Assembly (NCBI GenBank): GCA_037447605.1
Contig: CM074804.1
Coordinates: forward strand, 5,309,909 to 5,373,908
DNA from: Zygnema circumcarinatum SAG 698-1b
Taxonomy: Eukaryota; Plantae; Zygnematophyceae
Length of the DNA stretch: 64,000 bases
Reading direction: 5' to 3'
Shown here: in pieces, positions 25,855 to 36,500 of the stretch
Position numbering within the stretch: the stretch's first letter is position 1
Layout of the letters: each line of letters begins with the position of its first letter
Translations under genes and position numbers: made by a program
The notes under the pieces: model-generated
Told to the model about the DNA's origin: nothing
What the model saw: the letters and a program-made list of their open reading frames with translations, nothing else
The model's database searches: none

Positions 25855-26265
25855 TCATGACAGAGCTTCACACCCACCAAAAGAAAAAGGATAAAAAGAG
25901 AATAAATTTTTTTGTGCCATCTCCCGAACACATTCCTTCTCAAAAATGTCTAAGCGCCTTTTCTCAGCATACCCAGTGGAAATGACGTGGTTGTGCTCTT
26001 CAACGACAGATTTTACAACCCACATGTCCTTCTTCTCGGAAAACGTCGCCCTGATCTCGAAAGGGCAATTTTTCAAGCGGCTGGAAGTATTCCTCTTCTT
26101 ACTACTCTCTTCCAGACCTCTGTCCTCGTAGGTCCCCCCGCTAAAGCATTGCATGTAGAGTCGGCGGCTATCGCTATGCTTGCCGATCTTGATGTGAAAT
26201 CCTTCTTGCTTGTAGTGCTTGGTCAAGACTTGTACAAGCTCATCGCGAGTCTTATACTCAGTCAT
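25855..26265 (-). CDS. Truncated MULE transposase: FAR1/WRKY-GCM1 zinc-finger DNA-binding domain only, 136 aa, no DDE domain
   Basis: FKTRDEL-like start (YKTRDELVQVLTKHYKQEGFHIK), MQCFSGG ... RNTSSRLKNCPFEIRA ... WVVKSVVEEHNH, with the C-C-H-x-H ligands intact. The ORF then runs into low-complexity sequence. Confidence 0.7.
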   Translation of the reverse strand: MTEYKTRDELVQVLTKHYKQEGFHIKIGKHSDSRRLYMQCFSGGTYEDRGLEESSKKRNTSSRLKNCPFEIRATFSEKKDMWVVKSVVEEHNHVISTGYAEKRRLDIFEKECVREMAQKNLFSFYPFSFGGCEALS

Positions 26266-26299
26266 TTGTGTGGAGATTGCAAACCGAGAGGAAGAAGGG

Positions 26300-26462
26300 A
26301 AGGGAGAGGTGGGCAGGGGAGGGGAGGGGTGGGCAGGGGAGGGGAGGGGAGGGAAGGGGAGGGGAGGGGAGAGGACGATAGGGGAGGGCAGGGAAGGGGA
26401 GGGAAGGGGAGGGGGAGGGGAGGGGGAGGGCAGGGGAGGGGAGGGCAGAGGACGGGAGGGGC
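26300..26462 (+). repeat. (GGGGA/GGGCA)n purine tract with G-quadruplex potential
   Basis: More than 20 consecutive G3-G5 runs. Confidence 0.85.
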
Positions 26463-26776
26463 GGGAAAAAAATATTCAAAACAGGGGGGCGATCTCCTCC
26501 CGAAATATCCAAATGGGGGAGGGGGGCAGAATAGCCGAAATGGGAGGGTCGGATTTCAAAAAAACAGTGGCAGGATAACCAAAAAAAGGGGGGCGGTATA
26601 TAGTTCTCCCTTTTTATATGCTTCCCCCGTCGAACCCCCTACCGGCATGGGGGACCGGCAGCAGGGCTGTCCAATGGTAGACTGCCACGTGGCAACCTCT
26701 GACCCAAAAGGGTCAGGTGAGGACAACGTTTCCGTAGGCTCGCCGCATCTCGCGGGCCACGCCGCGATGCGCGGGA

Positions 26777-27050
26777 CCGTACGTCGGTGCACAGTCGGAT
26801 CCTGCGCGCGAGGCGCGGGGTCCGATTGTCTACAAGATCTCTCCTCCCGAAAGATCCAAGGGGCGCGCCTCCGTACGTCGGTGCACGGTCGGATCCTGCG
26901 AGCGAGGCGCGGGGTCCGATTGTCTACAAGATCTCTCCTCCCGAAAGATCCAAGGGGCGCGCCTCCGTACGTCGGTGCACGGTCGGATCCTGCGAGCGAG
27001 GCGCGGGGTCCGATTGTCTACAAGATCTCTCCTCCCGAAAGATCCAAGGG
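26777..27050 (-). repeat. 94-bp tandem repeat, about 3 copies, inverted relative to 24778-25040 (right arm)
   Basis: CCGTACGTCGGTGCAC recurs at 26777, 26871 and 26965; it is the reverse complement of the left-arm unit. Confidence 0.95.
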
Positions 27051-27521
27051 GGGGGGGGCGTGATTAGCCAAAATGAAAGTACAGTTTTTTCCCGAAAGGG
27101 GGCGCGGATATCCAAAAAGTGGGGCGCCTGTATCATTTTCCGGGATTTAAAGGACTTCTTCAAAAATTCCCTTATTTGGCAATGCCTGGGACCCACTAGC
27201 GGTGTGGACCAGCGCTGACCGCGGCGGCCACTTTCTAACGCCGCACGCGCAAGCGGAGTCGCGGATTGGCTGCGCCCCCTCCGGGCGGCGCACCGTTGAC
27301 CTCTCCAGGCAGTGCCCGGCAGTGCGCGCCGACACGATCGGACGGCGCGGGGCCCGCAATCCACCGCGCGGCATATGTACGTCCGCGCGGGCGGGCGGGC
27401 GGCAGAGCTCCCCCCGCGGCCCTCCCGCACGCGCACCCTCCCGCGGGCGCTCTCCCGCTCCCTCTCCCTCCTCTCTCTCTCCCTCTCCCTCCTCTCTCTC
27501 TCCCTCTCGCGGGAGGTCGCA

Positions 27522-30500
27522 ATGGCGGGGCGCACGACGCTGCCGCTGATGCTGTGGCTGGGGATGGTACTGCTGGCGGCTGCGCTGGCGGGGGTGTGCG
27601 CAGCGCCCTTCAGCGCCACCGACAGCTTCACGCCGCCCTGCGCGCTGCTCGCAGACCAGAACACTGCACAGGTCCCCGACGGCACTGGTGGGTCTCTGCG
27701 CTGTGCTGGCTGGCTTGGGTGGGGAAATGGGGTTCTGCCCAGTTTTTTTTTTTTTTTTTCGGTTTTAAGAATTGATGGAGGGTGCGGAATGGGGCGATTT
27801 TGCGAGGCGTTCTCCATTCCACTGTTTTCTTACATGTATTTTAGATTTTTCAATTATCTCTAGATTTTTTTTATGAACCTCTTACTGTTTTTCTCCCTTT
27901 CCCTCCTCGCCCCCTCGCTTTCCTCGTTTCTCCTCCTCGCGCCTTCTCGCTCCCTCGACTCCCATCCACCCCCCTTCCCTCTCGCTCGCTCTCTTCTCCT
28001 TACTCTCCCCACTCATCCGCAAACTACGTTTTCCCTTCACTTTATCACTCCTCCTTTCCCGCTTCTCCCCCTCCACCCCGACATCATACGGCGTAACCCA
28101 ATCAAGCAATTAGATAAAATTGAACTGGTTTTTTTTTTTGAATTTAATTTCATTCTGACTTTTTTATTATTTTTTTTTTGTCCAACCCTCTCCCCCTCCC
28201 CTCCCCTTCCCGTTTCCTTCTGCTCTATCCTTTGCTCAAACCTCGGAGCTCCTGGCAGTGTTCCGGCGCTGGAGTGACCCCTCAGCGTGGCCTGGGGGAG
28301 TCGTCCCCGGAATTAACGGTGCGCGCGGAGCCAATGCGACCGTTTCGTGCGGCGTCGCGATAGAGCTCGACATTGCTGAGCTGGAACTCGGCCTGCTCAC
28401 CATTCAAGGCCTTCTGAGGCATGCGACTTCTCTGCCTGCCTTCTCTGCCTCTGCGTTCTGGAGTTCATCCCATTTTCAAGTACAATATATTCTCAAGCAA
28501 CTCTCACACCTTGAATTAGAGCATTACTGATTTGCTGGATCTTTTCGTGCAGGTTCAAGGACAGCTCCGCGCTGCCTGAGATCTACCTCAAGGCGGCGTT
28601 CATCCTGGTGCAGGGGCAGCTCGTGATCGGCACCCCCACGCAGCATTACAGTGGGAAGGCCACCATAGAACTCACTCCCAACAACGCGAACGGCCGCAGC
28701 TCCCTCTACTTCACCTCTCGCGCTCCTGCAGATGCCGCAAACCCAAGAAGTCTTGGGCACAAATCGTTCGCAGTGGTAGCCTACCTCTCTTTACCTTCGC
28801 TTCCATCCACATTTTCCTGCAGAGAAGCATCGTGCCTCCCTCCTGCAGAGGCAGTCCTTCCTTCCTTCGCCACACTAAGGAGGGGGAGAATGTCCTTCTG
28901 CTGCAGGTGGGAGGGCAGGTGCACCTCCATGGCATGCCCGGCGGCTCGACCACGCCTTCATGGTGCCGCCTTGTACGGACCGCCAACGCGGGCGACTCGA
29001 GCATCGCTGTGGACGCAGCGGGGGCTGCCAGCTGGCCTGTGGGCGGGCAGATTGTGGTCGCTTCAACCGACTACAGCAAGGACCAGGCGGAGACATTCAA
29101 CATTGTGGCAGGTGAGCTCTTTGTGGAGGATGACTGTTTGAGGTTGGCAATGCCGACACGAGATGCATCTCTGGACTCTAAACTTGGTCGAACGTGGGAT
29201 TGGACTGGTGCATTCAGTGACCAGAACCGCCAGCGGTGCTATTATAGCGTTGAGCGGCTCTTTCAAGTACATGCACTACGGCAACCCGAGGGGGCTCTTG
29301 GACGGCTTTGGAGGCTATTTGGAGCAGAGGGCGGAGGTGGCTCTGCTGACTCGCAACATTATGGTGACAGGCACGGATGAGCCTGCTCCGTACCAATATG
29401 AAGGTGCCTGCCCCCCTCTCACCAGCCGTTCTGCACCATTTTTGGACCATTTCGGCTCCCCGCCCATCTGATGATTTGGAGTTCAGAGATGTGCTTGGAG
29501 AGTTATTGAGTTCTGCTTGGATTGCAGGAGGCCACTTCATTGTATTCATGACTCAGAGACCGTTTCAATTCATTGAGGGAGTGGAGTTCTACAAGCTGGG
29601 CCAGCAGGGGAACCTCGGCCGCTATCCGATCCACTTCCACCTTGTCGGAAGCAATCCTGGAACTGTCTGCCGCAAAAATTCCATCCACCATAGTAAGCAG
29701 GTGAGCTGCAACGTTTACAATATATGGCGAGTGCTCCAAGTGCTTCCGTCAATGCAGAGGAATACATGCTGGTTCACCTTAATTTCTGGCTTCGTCGCAG
29801 ACGTTGGTATGTTTGTGTGGTGACTAACTAAATGGCGTTCCCGCACTTTGAATGCAGCGATGTCTTGTGGTCCATGCCTCCTTCGATATGACCATCGACA
29901 GCAACGTGGCGTACAACATTCCAGGCCACTGCTTCATTTTGGAGGTTAGCTAAGGAGGAAGGAAGAGGGAGGGGGAGGGGAGAGAGAAAGGTGAAAGGGA
30001 GGGAGAAAGCGCGGTAGAAGGGGGGGGGGAGGGGGAAGAGGAAGGGAGGCAGGAAGGTGAGGGAGGGTGGTGGACAGAGAGCTGGGGGGGAGGAGGGAGG
30101 GGGTGAGTGTGGGATGGGTGATAGAGGGTAAATGTGAGAGTATTGGACCTGACTGTGATGCTGCGCCTTTTGTGCTCGAAGCCATCACTTCTCACTCTCC
30201 CAGGATTTCTCACATGGATGATCAACTCATCTAAATCACCAATACTGGCACACGGGTAATTTGAAAAACATCATTTCATTGCCTTAGAACTCATTGGTTG
30301 CTGCTATTGTTGTGTCTTGCTGCTTCTTGCATGCGGCAGGAGGGCGGGGAGGTGGGCAACACCTTCGTCAATAACTTGGGCATGGTCATTCAGCCGGTGG
30401 ATAAGAAAATTTTGCTGCCAGGCAGCACCATATCTGATGAAACCGATGACAAGCCAGCCGTGTTTTGGAGTAAGTCACGAAACGCCAAACGACCTCAGCC

Positions 30501-33500
30501 TCAGTTTCAGCTTCCTGCAGTTTCAGCTTCCTTCTTAGCTACTGCTTTAATAAAGGCAGCGCCTTTGTTGCTCTATCTAATCGAGTTTCTTCCCGCCTTG
30601 TGCCTATGATGAGTAAAGTACTGCTACCACTCACACCGTGTTCTGTGCTCTCATTGCCGCAGTTTCAAACGTTCGCAATAACTTCCTGAACAATGTCGCA
30701 GCCGGCTCCTATGACTCCGGGTGAGCCAGTCGCTCGCTGCCTCTGTGTCCCTCCCGGCGGGTGCGACCCCGCGCATGCATGCATGCGCTGAGCCCCCCTC
30801 CTCCTCCCGTCCCCGGCCGTTGGCAGGTTTTGGATCGAGCTCCGCTACAAGGTCCGCGGCCTCTCCGCGCGCTTCGCCGCAGTGAACCGCACGAGCCCGA
30901 TCATGCAGAGCGTGCAGCGCTTCGAGAACAACGTGGCGCACTCCAACAGGTGCCGCCCCCTCCCTCCCTCCCTCCCTCCCTCCCTCCCCTCCCTCCGTGG
31001 TGTGGCGCGCCGCAGGGATGTGCTGCGAGGCATGGCATGGCATGGCATGGCGACAGTGTTTCTCACGGGGTGCAGCGTCACGTCACGTGCAGGATTGCGG
31101 GCGTCCGTACATATCCAAATGGAATTCTTCCACACCTTGCCTGGGTGAGTTCATCTTTGAATTTTGTTTTTTTGTTGCGAAAACTCCCCTAAACAAAAGG
31201 GAAGCAATTTCTAGTTAAAGTGCATCACAAGCAGCCTTTTCTCCTGCGTCGAGCGACATTTGAGCTTTCATTTGAGCCGTCCTGTTAACTAGTTCAAGGA
31301 CTAAATTGCGACGGAAAAGTTACGCTCTCAAACTCATCATTTTTAAGTGCCGCTTTTCCATGGCAGAGAGTACCGGGGCCGACAAACGGAACAATGAATG
31401 GGCTAAACATCTACAAAAACCCCTGGATGGGGTATGTGGTGATGACTTCCACCCAGAGCTCTTACATGTAACTCGTTGATGTTGAAGTCAGCCTGTTCAG
31501 TCGCTCTTGATGTCCTTCTCGGCTTGCAAAAGTTTGACTTTGCCTCATATGTTTTGCAGCATGTTTGCACACAACACGGAGCACCTGACCATCTCCAACG
31601 CGACCTTTGCCGACAACAACTGGGGGCTGTACATGCACCAAGACTTCGGTGTCAAACTCGTCAACTCGCGCATGGTCGGACTGAGCGAAAACTACGGCAG
31701 CCCGGACAGCTGCCAGAGCGGGAGCCGCTGGGCCAACTGCCGCCCCGTCTCCACATGCACGTGCGTCACTGCATTCTTACATTTCGTAATGCTTTCCTGG
31801 CTTGTCAAAAACCAGCATTGAGTTACTTTCTCACCTCGACCTTCAGCAAAGCTCAGTGACACAAGCATATTCGCAGGGTGCCCCTTGTGCTGGCCACTGA
31901 CTGCATGATTGCTCGCGCGTCCCTTTAGGACAATGTCTGCGGTTCTTCCACTCTGCCCTCACACGTGCGTGGCTGCCTCCCTGCAGGACGCCGCTGCCTT
32001 TGGGCGCTCAGGGCCGGTCCGCGGGCGGCAGCATCCGCACCTCCCCAATATACGGAGTGCTCCTCGATCCGTACTTCCTGGAATCGTTCGATAGCCTCAA
32101 TGTGCCCAACCAAATCATTTCAACAACGTAAGCAATCCAACGTCACTCGTGCCCTGCAGGAAGTGATGAAAATGTGTGCGACCGGGGGGTCGCTGGCCCG
32201 TACCTAGTTTGGAACTTTCCGGAATGGCCGACGGCATGAAACTGCGATGATATTAGTCCCCTGCTCCACGCGTATGTTGCTCCAGTATTCTAAGCATGGC
32301 CTTCCCCCCGTGGCTGCAGATTCCATAGTTTCAACTCCACTTGCTGGAATGCTGCAGCCATCACCACGTTCAATGAGGGCGATGAATGGATGGCATCCCA
32401 CCGCGTGCGGGTACGCTCTCCCGCTCAACCTCCTGTTGAAGCGCTCTCCTCTTCCTAAGGCCTCCGTGTTGCCGCTGCTGAACGAGATGATGCCATTATT
32501 GGTCATGTGCAGGCCCTCACATTTTCGCGGAGCACTAACCCTGTCTGGGTCGCACCAAAGATATCCTCTCCTTATGTGAGTCCTAAAGCACTAAACCAGC
32601 CTGTGAAAAGGAAAGTTGTTTTCCTGTGGACTGCAGCTGATGGAATCACAGGCACCCAGCATATTACCATATCCCCTTCTGCTCTCTCACACGTTGGCAC
32701 CTTTCTCTCCTTTCAGCCATGGGATCAAACTGAAGACGGAGGAGAGCAGGCGCAGTTCCACTCCTTTCAGGACTTGGACGGCAGCGTCATCGGCGCTCCT
32801 GGCTACGTGGTAGCCGACAACGTAAAAATTCTGCCTCCTAGCAAAAGGAACTGCACCTATTTCCCCAAGTGGAATGCGTACGGCTGCAAGGGTGCCTGCT
32901 ACCGCACTGTCCGCATCAGCTATGTCGAGCCGGGATTCGCTTCGGGCAGCAGGACCAATCCCAACGCTCCGGGAAGCTTTAGGTGAGCCGCTGTTGTGTA
33001 AGGGCTTCAAGTGCGCAGCAGGTAGAAGCGCAGCCTTGTGAAGGTACGACCTTGAAGGCCGTGGGCCATAAAAGTTGAACGCCTGCACTACCACAGCTCT
33101 GACAGCCCCTCGGGGGCTTTGCCCGGCAGCTCCTTGCAGGTGACTCGTGTGAGTGACGGGCAGACCATGCTACTTAATGGAAATCTCAACGTACTGGAAG
33201 GGGCGACCAGGGGCAACATCCGCTTCTTTTTCATGTCTCTGCTTGCGGGAATGACGTACCGGATCACCCCCATTCCCTCGTCAAAAGCACCTGCTTTCTT
33301 CCCTGGGAACATCTCACTGTCGTTGATCGACTATGAGGGATGTGGCCAGGCTCTCACTCTTCAGATTAAGCCTCAAGGGGGCAAAGCTTGGAAAGCAGCA
33401 GCCAACACCGACACAGTGTTTTTCAAGTACGCTTTCTGGACGCACGCTCCTCTGCCGTCATGCCCTCTATGCCCCGCTGAAGAGAAGGATGCACTGCAGA

Positions 33501-36500
33501 AAGAGGCAGCTTGTAGCATCCAGCTGAAGAAGGGTTTCCTGCCATGTGGCTACATCACGGATATCTGAAAGAAGGACGTAAAGCTATGCCCAGTGTATGC
33601 TACTTTAGAGAAGGAACGGAGTGCATGCCCAACACTGAATCAAAGCTCCTCGTCCTGCAGGCCATGTCCGGGAGCATCTCCACCACCAGCAGCTCTCTCG
33701 CAGGCTGTGTACAGTTACGCGTGCATCAGCAGCCAGGCGTGGATGGAGGTTGTTCTCGGGCCCGTCTTTTACGAAACCGTAAACATCGTCCAAGTCGCTG
33801 ACTCCATCGCGTGCAGCTCAACCAGGTGCCCTACTGCTGCAGCACCCGCCCTTCCCAGCATGCCCGCCTGAACCCCGCCAAGCCTGCCTGCCTGCCCTTG
33901 CCCGCTTGCTGCTGCTGCTGCTGGCCGTCGATCTGAATCTCGCCTCGGTGCGTTGTGGCGGCAGTGAGTGCGGCGCCCTCTGGAGCGGCAGCGCGGGGTG
34001 GCGGTACACCGCCACGTGGCAGGCCTACTTCTACGGCCCGCAGGCCCCGACCGGCGGCTGGTTGACCGGCGCCGCGCCGCTCGGCTGCAGGCCCTGTAAG
34101 GGACCCTCTGGGGGCATGCCGACCGTGGGGGAGGGGGCGCATGCGGAATTCAGTCTGTTGGGCTTCACCATAGACTGCAGGGATGTCTGAAATGCGTGTC
34201 TAGTTTGAGATGCGATTGAGAGTAAGGAAAACTGCTGCTTGTGCATGTATAGCAAGCGAATAAGTTTTTTGAACAGCTTCAAATTTCCCGTACAGCAACT
34301 GAATCTGTCTCTGCTTTTCTGTAAGCGCAGCCGTCGACCCGTTCATCAAAACGTACCTCCCTACGCCATCTGCGCAGCATATCACTAATTACTTCCGGAA
34401 GAGCTTCAGTCTTGTCAATACGGCCTGCTACACATCACTGCAGGTGGACCTCCTTGTCAAGGATGGCGTCGTGCTCTACCTCAACAACAAGGAGCTCATG
34501 CGGTGCGTCACCCTCCGACACCCTCCCCAGGCGCCACGACTGCTTACGCTTTCACATAGCTTCCACTGCTTGAAACGATATCTCGCACTGATCGACTCGG
34601 TGTTGTATTCTGTGTGCAGGACTAATATGCCCGCCGGCCCCATCACAAATGGCACCTTGGTAAGTGTCAAAGGGCGCCTGACTATGCTTCCGCTGCTTCT
34701 CACAAGTTCTTCTGTTACGTTTATAACGTTCCACTTACGAATTGAAGATAAGGGAATCGCGTACTTCTCATCTTCATTTGGTTGCCATATCATCTCTACT
34801 TCCCTTCCATGTGCAATCCACGAGCGCCAAAGCGTCCCCTGCCGCAATGCTGCTACGGCTCATCTCCCAACCCCGCTGCTTGGAGCTTCTCTCTGACCGC
34901 CCTCTGTCCCTTTGTGTGCAATGGCCGCTGCGTGCAGGCATCCTCGAAGACTGTATTCGGCGCATGGAGCACCTTCGTCCTCCCTCTCCCGGGCCTCGGC
35001 GGTGCGTACTCGCTGGTGGAGGGCGCGAACTACCTCGCGGCGGAGCAGCACGTGTTCGCGCAGTGGGCGTGGGAGACCGCCTTCGACCTGCGCATCTCGC
35101 TCACCCGCAAGTACGGCACAGCCCTCTCCGCTTTGCGATCACGACCCTTTCGAATGCGATGGGCTTTTGAACTGAATTTCTCTTTGGTTCATGCTGTCAT
35201 TGGAAGCGGCTACCGTGCTGACTACGTGCTTCCTTGCATTCGCTTTCTATTGCCGCAATGGGTGTAGTCTGAAAGTTCCTTTGTTGATCTGCAGGAGCTC
35301 CTGTCAGGGTGCACGCATCTCCCCTGAGGTGTGCGATGGCCTGGACAACGACAACAATGGTGAGTCCTTATAAGCTGCCCGAGGAGGGTGTGCTGCATAC
35401 TGCGTCCTCGGATCAGTTCAAGGTTTTAAAATTTCGGCTCAATCTATGGGCATGCTGCTCTGTTCTGTTGCTCTCTTTATAGCCAGTTGAACCTGGAGGT
35501 GCAGCAGACACTTGGAGAGTCCACTGTTGTGAATTCCTCTGTAGCTCAAAGGGCCCTCCGAATCACGGAAGAGTCTCGTCCATGCTCTAAAGGGATCCTA
35601 CGCGATGGGGCTGCAGGAAAAATCGACGAGGCGGCCAATGGACAGCCCCTCACCCAAACCTGCCAGTCATCGTGCGGCACTGGCATTCAAACATGTACCA
35701 ACGGCGTTTTCGCGAAATGTACGGCTCCTCCTATCAGCAAGGAAGTGTAAGTCCACAAAACACGCCATTGCTTCCTCTTAAGAACTACAACGTACAACTC
35801 TCTGTCTATGTGTACTCTCTCTCTCTGTGCAAGTGGCTCAGCGGTAGCAAATGTCCCCTTAACAGGTGAGGCCCCGTTGACGTCTTTGACTGAGGTTCTA
35901 CTCTATGCCCTCCACTTTCCTTGCTTTAGGAACACGTTACAGCAAGCAATCATGCAGGAGTTGAGACATGTTCCCCCCCCCTGCCTGACCTTGCGGCGCA
36001 GGTGCAACGCCATAGACGACGACTGCGACGGCCTGGTCGACAACGGCGCGGCCTCCCTCGACTGCCCCGCGGGCCGCGTCTGCTTCCGCGGAGAGTGCCT
36101 CCCCGCGGGCAGCCCCGCCCGGCCCCTGCAGGTGTGGCCCAAGAACGCGACGGGGTGGGCGTACTATGACAAGGGGGGGAATCTGGACGCCGTCAATCCC
36201 TCGTGGAGGAGCGGGTGAGTGTACGGCTCTGCCTTGTGACGGCACAGGGATGGGGGGCGTATAGAAGAGCATCTTGCTGTCATCCTTTCGTAAAACAAGA
36301 ACTTGGGGAGTCTGAATGAAGAGGGTTAAGTGGTTGCTATTGCTAGCTCATATTTCGGATGGTCTGGTTTGGCTCTGGCAGGGCTAACATTAACTCCTGG
36401 GAGACGGGAGCCGGGCCCCTTGGATTCAACGATGACAACCCTAGTTGGGACCGATATGGCACAGTCATCGAACATTTCGGCAACGACGGTGTATCTTTAA

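Larger units (their letters stand above)
24580..27180. mobile_element. Non-autonomous foldback-type Mutator-like (MULE) DNA transposon, about 2.6 kb, with long composite inverted repeats
   Basis: Termini GTCAAATAAGGGAATT / AATTCCCTTATTTGGC are inverted. About 24680-25040 is the reverse complement of about 26777-27145, and about 25095-25245 of about 26465-26625. The interior carries a FAR1-type transposase N-terminal ORF. No target-site duplication was found by eye. Confidence 0.75.

Noticed and set aside
24778-27050. CRISPR-like array suggested by regularly spaced repeats
   Set aside because: The units are full 94-bp tandem copies with no unique spacers, they lie in inverted transposon arms, there are no cas genes, and the context is eukaryotic.
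27244-27434. Two FHY3/FAR1 binding sites (CACGCGC at 27244 and 27428) next to the FAR1-domain ORF
   Set aside because: These are expected by chance in very GC- and CGCG-rich sequence, and a transposase-type domain need not share FHY3 specificity.
17478-36110. Copper 'system' made of the Cu-ATPase plus neighbouring proteins with a motif Pfam names Cu-binding_MopE
   Set aside because: The motif is a Dx[DN]xDG-type loop, more plausibly Ca2+-binding. The ATPase is a universal housekeeping gene separated from the cluster by a transposon. Adjacency alone is not evidence.
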